NCBI GenBank assembly: GCA_031393945.1 | Contig: JANMWH010000080.1 | Span: forward strand, 1-53,136 | Direction: 5' to 3' | Length of the DNA: 53,136 nucleotides | Origin: Polaromonas sp. | Lineage (GTDB): Bacteria > Pseudomonadota > Gammaproteobacteria > Burkholderiales > Burkholderiaceae_C | Part shown: positions 38,960 to 48,759 of the stretch, one piece after another | How positions within the stretch are numbered: position 1 is the stretch's first letter | Layout: each line of letters begins with the position of its first letter | The notes under the pieces: model-generated | Told to the model about the DNA's origin: nothing | Database searches by the model: none | The model's input: the letters and a program-made list of their open reading frames with translations, nothing else | Translations under genes and position numbers: made by a program

Positions 38960-40111
38960 CTACTGCTGCGGCGCTTTAGGCGGCTGGCGTTTTGCTGGCG
39001 TGACTGACACGTCGCTCGTTTTTCCGCCGCGCTGAACGCTAAGTGGCGCAGCCACGCCGGGCTTAAGGCCTGCCACCGCGCCCAACAGCTCGGTGACACT
39101 GCCCACCGGTTTGCCATTAACGGCGGTGATCACATCACCGGGCTTGATGCCGGCTTGCCCGGCGGGGCCGTTTTGCAGCACGCCAGTAATGATCACGCCT
39201 TCTTTGGTTTTAACGTTGAAGGTTTCCATCAGTTCAGCGTTAAGTTCTTGTGGCTCCACGCCTATCCAGCCGCGGGTCACCTGGCCGTCTTTCACGATGC
39301 TTTCCAGCACCTGTTTGGCAGTAGACACGGGGATAGCAAAGCCAATGCCCATCGAGCCGCCAGAGCGCGAATAAATCGCGGTGTTGATGCCCATCAGCGC
39401 GCCGGTGCTGTCGACCAGCGCACCACCCGAATTACCGGGGTTAATGGCGGCGTCGGTTTGAATAAAGTTCTCGAACGTGTTGATGCCCAGCTTGCTGCGC
39501 CCTAACGCACTTACGATGCCGCCCGTCACGGTTTGGCCCACGCCAAACGGGTTGCCAATGGCCAGAACCGGGTCGCCGACCTGCAGCGCATCAGAGTTGC
39601 CGAGCGCAATCACCGGCAGCTTGTCGAGTTCGATTTTCAAAATCGCCAAGTCAGTGTCAGGGTCTGTGCCAATGACTTTGGCTTTGGCTTTGCGGCCGTC
39701 TGCCAGCACCACTTCGATTTCGTCCGCGCCTTCAACCACGTGGTTGTTGGTCAAAATATAGCCGCTGGCGCTGATGATGACCCCGCTGCCCAGGCCGCCC
39801 TGCGGCTCGCCCTGGGCCTGGTCGCCGTAAAAGAACTTGAACCACGGGTCGCCTGCATGCGGGTTTTTTGCAGCGGCCTTGCTGGTGTTGATGCTCACAA
39901 CCGCTGCCGACGCAATTTTTGCAGCCGAACTGAAGCTGCCCATAGGTCCGGTACCGCGCTGCACGGCAGGCGCTTCAATCACCGACACCAAACCACCCGC
40001 ACCTGAAAACGGCCGTCGTTCTACCCACTGCGGCTTGAGTGTGGCCACCACAAAAAACGCCGCCAGCAAAATCGTGACGGTTTGAGAAAACAGAAGCCAG
40101 AATTTGCGCAT
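38960..40111 (-). CDS. HtrA/DegS-DegQ family serine protease with one PDZ domain
   Basis: GSGVII, TNNHVV, TDLAILK, QTDAAINPGNSGG, GFAIP, PDZ GIKPGDVI. Confidence 0.93.
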   Translation of the reverse strand: MRKFWLLFSQTVTILLAAFFVVATLKPQWVERRPFSGAGGLVSVIEAPAVQRGTGPMGSFSSAAKIASAAVVSINTSKAAAKNPHAGDPWFKFFYGDQAQGEPQGGLGSGVIISASGYILTNNHVVEGADEIEVVLADGRKAKAKVIGTDPDTDLAILKIELDKLPVIALGNSDALQVGDPVLAIGNPFGVGQTVTGGIVSALGRSKLGINTFENFIQTDAAINPGNSGGALVDSTGALMGINTAIYSRSGGSMGIGFAIPVSTAKQVLESIVKDGQVTRGWIGVEPQELNAELMETFNVKTKEGVIITGVLQNGPAGQAGIKPGDVITAVNGKPVGSVTELLGAVAGLKPGVAAPLSVQRGGKTSDVSVTPAKRQPPKAPQQ

Positions 40112-40255
40112 GGTGTGCCGGGTGTGAGTTTGACTAAGCTGGATATGGGGCTAAGCGCCACAAAACCAATACTTGGCATTTTGTCCTATGACGCGCCAGC
40201 ATCCAAAAAGCGATAATTCAAAGCCACAAATTTGCCACACCTTCAGGAGACCCGA

Positions 40256-41179
40256 ATGAAAGCCCAAAGCGTCCTCGCCACCATCGGCAACACCCCGCAC
40301 ATTCGCATCAATCGTCTGTTTGGCGCGGCCAGCCAAACGCACCATATCTACATCAAGTCTGAGCGCAGCAACCCTGGCGGCTCCATCAAAGACCGCATTG
40401 CACTGGCCATGGTCGAGGCGGCTGAAGCATCGGGTGTGCTCAAGCCCGGCGCCACGATTATTGAACCTACCTCGGGCAACACGGGCGTTGGCCTGGCCGT
40501 GGTGGCGGCAGTCAAGGGCTACAAACTGGTGCTGGTGATGCCCGAGTCCATGAGCATCGAGCGCCGCCGCCTGATGCTGGCTTACGGGGCCAGTTTTGAC
40601 CTGACCCCGCGCGAAAAAGGCATGACTGGCGCGATTGCCAGAGCCAAAGAATTGGTGGCGCAAACGCCGGGCGCGTGGATGCCGTCGCAGTTTGACAACC
40701 CGGCCAACATCGACATTCATGCGCGCACCACGGCGCTGGAGATATTGGCCGACTTCCCGAATGGTGTGGACTACTACATCACCGGCGTGGGCACGGGCGG
40801 GCATTTGACCGGTGTGGCGCAGGTGCTCAAGGCCAAGTTTCCGAATACCAAAGTATTTGCGGTGGAGCCCACTGCGTCGCCGGTTATCAGCGGCGGCAAG
40901 CCGTCGCCGCACCCGATTCAAGGCATTGGCGCGGGGTTTATTCCGGCAAATCTGGATGTCGCGTTGCTTGATGGCGTGATTCAGGTCGACGGCGATGCCG
41001 CCAAAGACTTTGCCCGCCGCAGCGCGACTGAGGAAGGCTTGTTGGTCGGCATTTCGTCAGGCGCCACGCTGGCGGCGATTGCGCAAAAACTGCCGGAGAT
41101 TCCAGCGGGCAGCACGGTGCTGGGGTTTAACTACGACACCGGCGAGCGGTATTTGTCAGTTGAAGGCTTCTTACCTTGA
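40256..41179 (+). CDS. cysK: Cysteine synthase A
   Basis: [42 protein letters not shown]; ATG 40256 after AGGAG. Confidence 0.94.
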   Translation: MKAQSVLATIGNTPHIRINRLFGAASQTHHIYIKSERSNPGGSIKDRIALAMVEAAEASGVLKPGATIIEPTSGNTGVGLAVVAAVKGYKLVLVMPESMSIERRRLMLAYGASFDLTPREKGMTGAIARAKELVAQTPGAWMPSQFDNPANIDIHARTTALEILADFPNGVDYYITGVGTGGHLTGVAQVLKAKFPNTKVFAVEPTASPVISGGKPSPHPIQGIGAGFIPANLDVALLDGVIQVDGDAAKDFARRSATEEGLLVGISSGATLAAIAQKLPEIPAGSTVLGFNYDTGERYLSVEGFLP

Positions 41180-41931
41180 ACCGAGCTGAGTTATTGGCAG
41201 CTTTTGATACGCTGCTGCAACCCGAGCGCTTCAAAGACTACGGCCCGAACGGCTTGCAGGTTGAGGGCAAGGCCGACGTACGCAAAATCGTCTCGGGCGT
41301 TACGGCCAGCCTGGCGCTGATTGAAGCGGCGGTGGCCGCCAATGCCGACGCGATTTTTGTGCACCACGGCCTGTTCTGGCGCGGCCAGTCGGGCACAGTC
41401 ACAGGCTGGATGAAGCAGCGCCTGGCGCTTCTGCTCAAGCACGACATTAACCTGTACGCTTACCACCTGCCGCTAGACGCCCACCCCGAGCTGGGCAACA
41501 ACGCGCAGCTGGGTTTGCAGCTGGGTTTAACGGCTACGTCGCGCTTTGGTGAGCAGAACTTGGGTTTTATGGGCGGCAAAATGGATGGCAGTAGCTTCGA
41601 AAGTGCTTTTGAGCTATCAGAACACGTCAAATCGGTACTAAATAGGCCTGTAGCCCATATTTTACAGGCGCGATCAGCTATAAAAAATATAGCGTGGTGC
41701 ACCGGTGGTGCGCAGGGCTATTTTGAAGCCGCCATTGCCGCTGGCGCTGATGCGTTCATTACCGGCGAAATCTCAGAACCCCAAGCCCATTACGCGCGGG
41801 AAATGAATGTGACCTTCATCGCTTGCGGCCACCATGCGTCCGAGCGCTACGGCGCGCCGGCCGTGGCCGCGCATGTGGCCGGCCAATTTGGCTTGGCGCA
41901 TGAATTTATTGATATTGACAACCCGGCATGA
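41176..41931 (+). CDS. Nif3-like dinuclear metal-centre protein (YbgI/DUF34)
   Basis: [36 protein letters not shown]; TTG start overlaps the cysK stop. Confidence 0.94.
   Translation: MNRAELLAAFDTLLQPERFKDYGPNGLQVEGKADVRKIVSGVTASLALIEAAVAANADAIFVHHGLFWRGQSGTVTGWMKQRLALLLKHDINLYAYHLPLDAHPELGNNAQLGLQLGLTATSRFGEQNLGFMGGKMDGSSFESAFELSEHVKSVLNRPVAHILQARSAIKNIAWCTGGAQGYFEAAIAAGADAFITGEISEPQAHYAREMNVTFIACGHHASERYGAPAVAAHVAGQFGLAHEFIDIDNPA
41645..41694 (+). repeat. Dispersed 50-bp motif, copy 7, in frame inside the nif3 CDS
   Basis: ggcctgtagccc-atattttac-aggc-gcgatca-gctat-aaaaaat-atagc-g, encoding [17 protein letters not shown]. Confidence 0.88.
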
Positions 41932-42980
41932 GCCAGCTCAATTCCAATCCCATCCTCATCACCATGGGCGATGCGGCCGGCATTGGCCCCGAGATCATCG
42001 CCAAAGCGTTTCGCGACCATCCCCTTGATGTAGCTAGGTGCCTGGTAGTAGGCGATGTGCCCACCATGCGCCGCGCCGCTGCGTTTGTGGCGATGCCGCT
42101 GGCGCTGCCGGTGGCCGAGTTCGATTCGATTGGCGATTTTGCAGGCTGTGACTTGCCGCCACGCTGCATTCCGGTACTACAAAAATGTGAGCTGCTTGCG
42201 CCCGTATCTATTGGGCTGGTAAGCGGTTTGGCAGGCCAGGCGGCGGCGGATTGCATTGTGTGGGCCGCCCAGGCGGTACTAAACGGCCAAGCTGGCGCGA
42301 TGGTCACCGCGCCCATTCACAAAGAAGCGTTGGCAGCTGCAGGCGGCTGGGCAGCGCAGTTCCCTGGCCATACCGAAATGCTGCAATTTGAGGCCGCCAA
42401 GTTCATGGGCAAGTCCGTGCAAGACCTGCCGGTGCGCATGATGCTGGCCAATGACGAGCTGAAAACCGTGCTGGTCAGCATTCATATGTCGCTGCGGCAG
42501 GCGATTGAGGCCGTGACGTTTGACAACATTTTGCAAACTCTGCGCATCACCCACGCGGCTTTAGGCAAGACGCTAGGCCGGCCACCACACATTGCCGTAG
42601 CAGGCTTGAACCCTCATGCGGGCGAGGGCGGATTGTTTGGGTTTGAGGAGCAAACCATCATTGCGCCAGCCATGGCAGCAGCCCGGGCAGAAGGTCTCAA
42701 TGTAAGTGGTCCCTTCGCGCCAGACACCGTGTTTATGCGGGCCAGAGCCAAAAACGGGCAAGCAGGCGAGTTCGATGTGGTGGTGGCGATGTACCACGAC
42801 CAGGGCTTGATTCCGGTCAAGTATTTAGGGGTAGAGCAGGGCGTGAACGTCACGCTGGGCTTGCCACTGGTGCGCACCAGCCCAGACCACGGCACAGCGT
42901 TTGACATCGCAGGCACTGGCAAAGCCGATGCTGCCAGCCTGGTGGCGGCGATTCGCATGGCGCGGCGGCTGGCTGGCTAA
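41928..42980 (+). CDS. pdxA: 4-hydroxythreonine-4-phosphate dehydrogenase
   Basis: MGDAAGIGPE, PGHTE, GLNPHAGE, MYHDQG, RTSPDHGTAFDIAG. Confidence 0.93.
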   Translation: MSQLNSNPILITMGDAAGIGPEIIAKAFRDHPLDVARCLVVGDVPTMRRAAAFVAMPLALPVAEFDSIGDFAGCDLPPRCIPVLQKCELLAPVSIGLVSGLAGQAAADCIVWAAQAVLNGQAGAMVTAPIHKEALAAAGGWAAQFPGHTEMLQFEAAKFMGKSVQDLPVRMMLANDELKTVLVSIHMSLRQAIEAVTFDNILQTLRITHAALGKTLGRPPHIAVAGLNPHAGEGGLFGFEEQTIIAPAMAAARAEGLNVSGPFAPDTVFMRARAKNGQAGEFDVVVAMYHDQGLIPVKYLGVEQGVNVTLGLPLVRTSPDHGTAFDIAGTGKADAASLVAAIRMARRLAG

Positions 42981-43035
42981 AACACTTTGCAAGTGCCTTA
43001 AAACGCTTAAAAATGCTTAAAAAGGCAATAAAAAA

Positions 43036-43086
43036 GAGCTGCGACCCAACAAAAATCAGGCGCGAGCAGCTCTTTTATTAATAGCA
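43036..43086 (+). repeat. Dispersed motif, copy 8 (between convergent pdxA and mscL; 51 bp)
   Basis: gagctgcgaccc-aacaaaaatc-aggc-gcgagca-gctct-tttatta-atagc-a, preceded by phased gcttaaaa units. Confidence 0.82.
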
Positions 43087-43104
43087 ACCGAAGTTGCCAG
43101 GCGA

Positions 43105-43542
43105 TTATTTTTTGAGGCTGTCGCGAATCTCGCGCAGCAGCATTACGTCTTCAGGCGTTGCGGCAGGTGCCGCGGCAGGTTCAGCTTTCTTCATGCGATT
43201 GAATGCTTTGACCATTTGAAAAATGATGAAGGCCAAAATCAGGAAATTCAGCGCAATGGTAATGAAGTTGCCGTACGCAAACACCGTTGCGCCAGCTTCG
43301 GTCAAGGTCTTGTAGGTCATCGCGACAGGCGAGCCGTCTTTACCGTTGGGCACTGCGCCCAGCAAAATAAACTTGTTCGAAAAGTCCAAACCACCAAAAA
43401 TCCAGCCCACAACGGGCATCACCAGGTCTTTGACCATCGAATCGACAATTTTGCCGAAAGCTGCACCAATAATGACACCTACAGCAAGGTCAACTACGTT
43501 GCCCTTGACCGCGAAATCGCGAAATTCTTGCATCATTCCCAT
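43105..43542 (-). CDS. mscL: Large-conductance mechanosensitive channel
   Basis: [31 protein letters not shown]. Confidence 0.97.
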   Translation of the reverse strand: MGMMQEFRDFAVKGNVVDLAVGVIIGAAFGKIVDSMVKDLVMPVVGWIFGGLDFSNKFILLGAVPNGKDGSPVAMTYKTLTEAGATVFAYGNFITIALNFLILAFIIFQMVKAFNRMKKAEPAAAPAATPEDVMLLREIRDSLKK

Positions 43543-43793
43543 AGTTTTCTCCAGTAAATAGTTATGTGCCGATAATGACTACTTTGGCATTATCTGACGG
43601 CATGATTATGCTTTTATTTACAAACTGCAAAAGCGGGGGTTGTTAAAGTTTGCGCCACATTAAAGGCACACACAAAACCCGAGTAAAGGCCAAGCCCACA
43701 AGCCCCGCACGTTGAAATGCCGGGTGTCGCTCCGCTACAATTCATAAAAATTATTTTTACAGTCAGTTTCAAGCACGATCTTGAAGGAAAACA

Positions 43794-44420
43794 ATGGCCG
43801 AAATTAGCGCAAGCGCGGGCACAAGCCCGGCGCCTTTAGACAAAGACAAAAGAAATTGGATGGTCGCTACGGCGGTCGTGGGTGGTGCAGGCGTAGCCGC
43901 AGTAGCAGTGCCTTTCGTCAGCACTTTCACGCCGTCAGAGCGAGCCAAGGCCGCTGGCGCCTCGGTTGAGGTGGACATTTCCGCCCTCAAACCCGGTGAA
44001 AAACTCACCATTGAGTGGCGCGGCAAACCGGTTTGGATTCTCAAGCGCTCGCCTGAACAAGTCGCGGCGCTGCCTAAACACGATGGATTGTTGGCTGACC
44101 CCAAGTCGCTGCGCAAACCAGGCGAGCTCACTCCGGTTTACGCGCGTAACGAAGGCCGCTCAATCAAGCCAGACACGTTGGTGGTGGTGGGTATTTGTTC
44201 GCACCTGGGTTGCTCTCCGTCTGACAAACTCACCGCTGGCCCGCAACCCTCGCTGCCGGACAACTGGGCGGGCGGCTTTTTGTGTGCCTGCCACGGCTCA
44301 ACGTTTGATGTTGCTGGCCGCGTTTACAAAAACAAGCCTGCGCCAGACAACCTTGAAGTTCCCCCGCACATGTACCTTTCAGACACCCGGCTGCTGATTG
44401 GTGAAGATAAAAAGGCCTGA
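43794..44420 (+). CDS. petA: Cytochrome bc1 Rieske Fe-S subunit
   Basis: WRGKPV, CSHLGC, CACHGS, PAPDNL. Confidence 0.96.
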   Translation: MAEISASAGTSPAPLDKDKRNWMVATAVVGGAGVAAVAVPFVSTFTPSERAKAAGASVEVDISALKPGEKLTIEWRGKPVWILKRSPEQVAALPKHDGLLADPKSLRKPGELTPVYARNEGRSIKPDTLVVVGICSHLGCSPSDKLTAGPQPSLPDNWAGGFLCACHGSTFDVAGRVYKNKPAPDNLEVPPHMYLSDTRLLIGEDKKA

Positions 44421-44565
44421 AAACGATTCGATATCAACGTTTTCAAAAGACCAAGCCGCCCGTGCTTGAAGTCCTTGCTGATTTTTGTGAGCTTTCCAGC
44501 TTCCAGCAAAAACATCAGACCTGATTCACGCAAAAGCTAAAAACACTTTCGATACAGGACATCTC

Positions 44566-46002
44566 ATGGCAGCCCAATTCAAAGAAATTTCCCCCGACGC
44601 ACCTATCGGCGCCAAAGCGCTGAACTGGCTAGACAATCGCTTCCCCGCCAGTAAGCTGTACAACGAGCATTTGGGCGAGTATTACGCGCCGAAAAACTTC
44701 AATATTTGGTACGTGTTTGGCGCTTTAGCCATGTTGGTGCTGGTGATCCAGATTGTGACCGGCATCTTTTTAACCATGCACTACAAACCCGATGCAGCGC
44801 AAGCGTTTGCCTCGGTTGAGTACATCATGCGCGACGTGCCATGGGGCTGGTTGATTCGCTACATGCACTCTACTGGCGCATCGGCGTTTTTTGTTGTCGT
44901 GTACCTGCACATGTTCCGAGGTCTGATTTACGGCAGCTACCGCAAGCCGCGTGAATTGATTTGGGTGTTTGGCTGCGCGATTTTCTTGTGCCTGATGGCC
45001 GAAGCCTTCATGGGTTACCTGCTGCCATGGGGCCAAATGAGCTACTGGGGCGCGCAGGTAATCGTCAATTTGTTTGCTGCTATTCCTTTCATCGGCCCCG
45101 ATTTGGCGCTGCTGATTCGCGGTGACTACGTGGTGGGCGACGCAACGCTGAACCGCTTTTTCGCTTTCCACGTGATTGCAGTGCCGCTGGTGCTGCTCGG
45201 CTTGGTGGCGGCGCACATCATCGCTTTGCATGAAGTGGGTTCTAACAACCCTGACGGCGTTGAAATCAAGGCTGCAGGCGCTCCAAAAGACGCCAAAGGT
45301 CATCCGCTCGACGGCATTCCTTTCCACCCCTACTACACCGTGCACGATATTTTTGCGGTCAGCGTGTTTTTGCTGGTGTTCACCGGCATCGTGTTTTTGG
45401 CGCCTGAGCTGGGCGGCTACTTTCTCGAATACAACAACTTCATTCCGGCTGACCCGTTAAAAACGCCAGCGCACATTGCACCGGTTTGGTACTTCACGCC
45501 TTACTACTCGATGCTTCGCGCCATCACCAGCGAAATGATGTACGTCATGATGGCTTGCACGTTGGCAGGCGCCGGCTTGATCATTTCTCGAGTCAAAATG
45601 GCCAGCGTTTTCAAAATGGTGATTGCCGGTGCTGCAATTGCCGCTACCGCCGCCATGTGGTTCATTGATGCCAAGTTTTGGGGCGTTGTAGTAATGGGCG
45701 GCGCGGTCATGATTTTGTTTGCCTTGCCTTGGCTCGACAACAGTGAAGTCAAGTCCATTCGCTACCGCCCATCATGGAACAAGTACCTCTACGGTGCATT
45801 CATCTTCATGTTCTTTGTGCTCGGTTACCTGGGCATTCAGGCCCCGGGCGTATGGGGCAAAGTGGCTGGTCAAGACATCGCCGAACGCGTGTCGCAATTG
45901 TTCACATTGGGCTACTTCGGGTTTTTCCTGCTGATGCCGTGGTGGAGCCGCCTGGGTGAGTTCAAGCAAGTACCCGACCGTATTATTTTTGCTGGTCACT
46001 GA
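44566..46002 (+). CDS. petB: Cytochrome b
   Basis: GWLIRYMH, LHMFRG, WGQMSYWGA, PVWYF. Confidence 0.97.
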   Translation: MAAQFKEISPDAPIGAKALNWLDNRFPASKLYNEHLGEYYAPKNFNIWYVFGALAMLVLVIQIVTGIFLTMHYKPDAAQAFASVEYIMRDVPWGWLIRYMHSTGASAFFVVVYLHMFRGLIYGSYRKPRELIWVFGCAIFLCLMAEAFMGYLLPWGQMSYWGAQVIVNLFAAIPFIGPDLALLIRGDYVVGDATLNRFFAFHVIAVPLVLLGLVAAHIIALHEVGSNNPDGVEIKAAGAPKDAKGHPLDGIPFHPYYTVHDIFAVSVFLLVFTGIVFLAPELGGYFLEYNNFIPADPLKTPAHIAPVWYFTPYYSMLRAITSEMMYVMMACTLAGAGLIISRVKMASVFKMVIAGAAIAATAAMWFIDAKFWGVVVMGGAVMILFALPWLDNSEVKSIRYRPSWNKYLYGAFIFMFFVLGYLGIQAPGVWGKVAGQDIAERVSQLFTLGYFGFFLLMPWWSRLGEFKQVPDRIIFAGH

Positions 46003-46017
46003 GTCAAAACATCCGTT

Positions 46018-46776
46018 ATGAAAAAAATTCTAATCAGTTTGTTGCTGGCCGCCGGATTCGTAGGTGGTGCAGTAGCCTCCAGCGAAGGAATTGCTTGGGA
46101 CAAAGCGCCTAGCAAAACGAACGACATGGTGGCCCTGCAAAATGGCGCCAAAGTTTTTGTCAACTATTGCCAAAACTGCCATGCTGCGGCTTACATGCGA
46201 TTCAACCGCTTGAAAGATCTTGGCCTGACCGAGCAGCAAATCAAAGACAATTTGCTGTTCAGCACCGACAAAATTGGTGACACCATGAAGGTGGCCATGG
46301 ACGTTAAAAATGCCAAAGACTGGTACGGCGTGGTGCCGCCTGACCTGACGCTGGTTGCGCGTTCACGTTCTGACCTCGGCAAGGGTACCGGCGCCGATTA
46401 CATCTACACCTACCTGCGTACTTACTACCGCGACGAAACCAAGCCGTCCGGCTGGAACAACCTGGCCTACCCCAATTCGGCGATGCCGCATGTGTTTTGG
46501 GAGCTGCAAGGTGAGCGCAAACCGGTATACGAAGAAGTGACAGAACACGGCAAAAAAGTGTCAGTTGTCAAAAGTTGGCAGCAGGTCACGCCTGGCACCC
46601 TAACGCCGCTCCAGTACGACCAGTCGATGGGAGATTTGGTGGGTTATTTGCAGTGGATGAGCGAGCCCGTCCAAAACAATCGGGTGCGAATTGGCATCTG
46701 GGTTTTATTGTTTTTACTGATCTTGACATTTGCGGCTTGGCGTCTGAATGCGGCGTTTTGGAAAGACGTCAAGTAA
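46018..46776 (+). CDS. petC: Cytochrome c1
   Basis: CQNCH, PPDLTL, C-terminal transmembrane anchor. Confidence 0.96.
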   Translation: MKKILISLLLAAGFVGGAVASSEGIAWDKAPSKTNDMVALQNGAKVFVNYCQNCHAAAYMRFNRLKDLGLTEQQIKDNLLFSTDKIGDTMKVAMDVKNAKDWYGVVPPDLTLVARSRSDLGKGTGADYIYTYLRTYYRDETKPSGWNNLAYPNSAMPHVFWELQGERKPVYEEVTEHGKKVSVVKSWQQVTPGTLTPLQYDQSMGDLVGYLQWMSEPVQNNRVRIGIWVLLFLLILTFAAWRLNAAFWKDVK

Positions 46777-46826
46777 AATCAGCGTTTAACCAAATCGGCG
46801 TCATGCGCGCCGTTCGGCTTATCTTC

Positions 46827-46870
46827 AGTGGAAGGCATCAGGTTCAAAAAACCTTGGCCTCCACTTTTTT
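46827..46870 (+). terminator. Terminator-like hairpin between petC and sspA
   Basis: agtgga...aggtt-caaa-aacct...tccact followed by a T-run. Confidence 0.5.
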
Positions 46871-46891
46871 GTTTTCAGGAGTTCAAATAAC

Positions 46892-47503
46892 ATGATGGTT
46901 TTATATTCAGGCACGACCTGCCCTTTTTCGCATCGCTGCCGCTTTGTATTGTTTGAAAAAGGTATGGATTTCGAAATCCGCGACGTCGACCTTTACAACA
47001 AGCCAGAAGACATCAACGTGATGAACCCCTATGGCCAAGTGCCGATTTTGGTCGAGCGCGATTTGATTTTGTACGAATCCAACATCATCAACGAGTACAT
47101 CGACGAGCGTTTTCCGCACCCACAACTGATGCCCGGTGACCCGGTTGACCGCGCGCGAGTCCGCTTGTTTTTGCTGAACTTTGAAAAAGAGTTGTTTGTG
47201 CATGTCAGCACGCTGGAGTCACGCGCGTCAAAAGGCAACGACAAAGCGCTTGAAAAAGCCCGCTCGCACATCAAAGATCGGCTGACACAGTTGGCTCCGA
47301 TATTTTTGAAGAACAAATACATGTTGGGCGACAATTTTTCGATGTTGGACGTCGCGATTGCACCGCTGCTGTGGCGCCTTGACTACTACGGCATCGACCT
47401 GTCGAAAAACGCAGCGCCGCTGCTCAAGTACGCCGAGCGTATTTTCTCAAGGCCCGCGTACATCGAAGCGTTGACCCCGTCTGAAAAGGTGATGCGCAAG
47501 TAG
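46892..47503 (+). CDS. sspA: Stringent starvation protein A (GST fold)
   Basis: MMVLYSGTTCPFSHR, NPYGQVP, YIDERFPHP. Confidence 0.95.
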   Translation: MMVLYSGTTCPFSHRCRFVLFEKGMDFEIRDVDLYNKPEDINVMNPYGQVPILVERDLILYESNIINEYIDERFPHPQLMPGDPVDRARVRLFLLNFEKELFVHVSTLESRASKGNDKALEKARSHIKDRLTQLAPIFLKNKYMLGDNFSMLDVAIAPLLWRLDYYGIDLSKNAAPLLKYAERIFSRPAYIEALTPSEKVMRK

Positions 47504-47665
47504 GTATGGCCCCCACGCTTTTCACTTCGTGTCATGCGCTGCCCCCCGTGGGTGCCGCTGCGCCTGAGGTCTGGCAAAGCCAGGCCCGCGGCCCCTGTTT
47601 GAAGGGCGCGGTTCAGTTCAGCCTTGTCATTGCGTTTTTGGTGGCGAGCTGAGGTGACTAACATC

Positions 47666-48235
47666 ATGAATGCGCCGGACACCACCTCAACTCGTCCCTA
47701 CTTGATACGGGCGTTGTACGAGTGGTGTACCGACAATGGTTTGACGCCTTACGTCGCTGTTGCCGTGGACGAAACGGTGCAAGTGCCGCGCGAATATGTC
47801 AAAAACAATGAAATTGTTTTGAACATTAGTTTTGATGCGACTTCTTCGTTAAAACTCAGCAACGACTTCATTGAGTTCAAGGCGCGCTTTGCGGGGAGTT
47901 CGCGCGAGATCATGGTGCCGATAGGTCGGGTTATAGCCATTTATGCACGTGAAAACGGACAAGGAATGTCTTTCCCGATGGGCATTGCGGCCTCGCCGCA
48001 AGCCGATGCTGGCAAAGAGCCAGATACCAAGCCCGGATCGCCTGCGCCACTGGTGGTCGTGGGCGAATCAAGTGCTGACCGAGCGCTCGAGAACAAGGTG
48101 GTTCAGTTGGTGCTCGGCGAAAATTCAGCTGCTGTTGACAACGGTAGCGACAGCACTGAAGGCAGCGGCGACGATTTACCAGAACCGCCCAAGCCGCAAA
48201 AAAGCGGCCGTCCATCGCTTAAACGAATCAAATGA
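47666..48235 (+). CDS. sspB: ClpXP adaptor SspB
   Basis: RPYLIRALYEWC.DN, IVLNIS, AIYARENGQG, C-terminal RPSLKRIK; ATG at 47666. Confidence 0.94.
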   Translation: MNAPDTTSTRPYLIRALYEWCTDNGLTPYVAVAVDETVQVPREYVKNNEIVLNISFDATSSLKLSNDFIEFKARFAGSSREIMVPIGRVIAIYARENGQGMSFPMGIAASPQADAGKEPDTKPGSPAPLVVVGESSADRALENKVVQLVLGENSAAVDNGSDSTEGSGDDLPEPPKPQKSGRPSLKRIK

Positions 48236-48285
48236 GCCGCTTGGCCGTCCAGTCAAGCATCAGGACTCAAGTAAAATAATGAAGT

Positions 48286-48361
48286 GCCGATTTAGCTCAG
48301 TTGGTAGAGCAACCGCCTTGTAAGCGGTAGGTCATCAGTTCGATTCCGATAATCGGCACCA
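48286..48361 (+). tRNA. tRNA-Thr (anticodon UGU)
   Basis: Acceptor stem gccgatt/aatcggc, D-arm agctcagttggtagagc, anticodon arm accgc-cttgtaa-gcggt, TTCGA T-loop, encoded CCA end. Confidence 0.96.
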
Positions 48362-48401
48362 CTTTTTTAGGCTGCTTGGCAGTCAAAGCTGCAACTCCTT
48401 G

Positions 48402-48737
48402 TTACGCTCTGGACGTTAGGATCTTCAGCCTTATTGAGGTAACGTCAACCCCCGCGCTGGTCAATCTGGACAACAGCAGCGGAGAGAGTTGGCGCAATTT
48501 TGCGGCGGCTGCATTCCCGTTGACTAGCAAGCACCACACCTGCCCGTCAATCGGGCCAGCTTTGATGGCTGGTTGCAACGCGACGGGTATGAGGGAATTT
48601 ACTGCCTTCAACCTGGCAGATGATTCCTGGACAAGTTCCGCCAATTTCCCCAAGGCGGCCGAGTTTTCGACGGCTTGAGCAATAGGAACCGCGCGGCGAG
48701 TGGCTGCGTCGGTCAGTGGGCGGTAGTTGCGGTTCAC
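48402..48737 (-). CDS. DUF721/DciA-like protein
   Basis: [16 protein letters not shown] motif; divergent from M23-secA; GTG start estimated. Confidence 0.65.
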   Translation of the reverse strand: MNRNYRPLTDAATRRAVPIAQAVENSAALGKLAELVQESSARLKAVNSLIPVALQPAIKAGPIDGQVWCLLVNGNAAAAKLRQLSPLLLSRLTSAGVDVTSIRLKILTSRA

Positions 48738-48759
48738 AGCACGTTTTAAAGGATCACAA

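Noticed and set aside
39746-39786. atagccgctggcgct in the degQ-like gene resembling the motif
   Set aside because: Only the central part matches, and it encodes the conserved SASGYIL protease segment
1872-43086. CRISPR or integron attC interpretation of the repeats
   Set aside because: Copies are kilobases apart, in both orientations and within core genes; no cas or intI gene and no regular spacers or attC RYYYAAC/GTTRRRY ends
48286-48401. tRNA-Thr as an integration site
   Set aside because: No integrase and no duplicated tRNA 3' end seen; core genes follow directly
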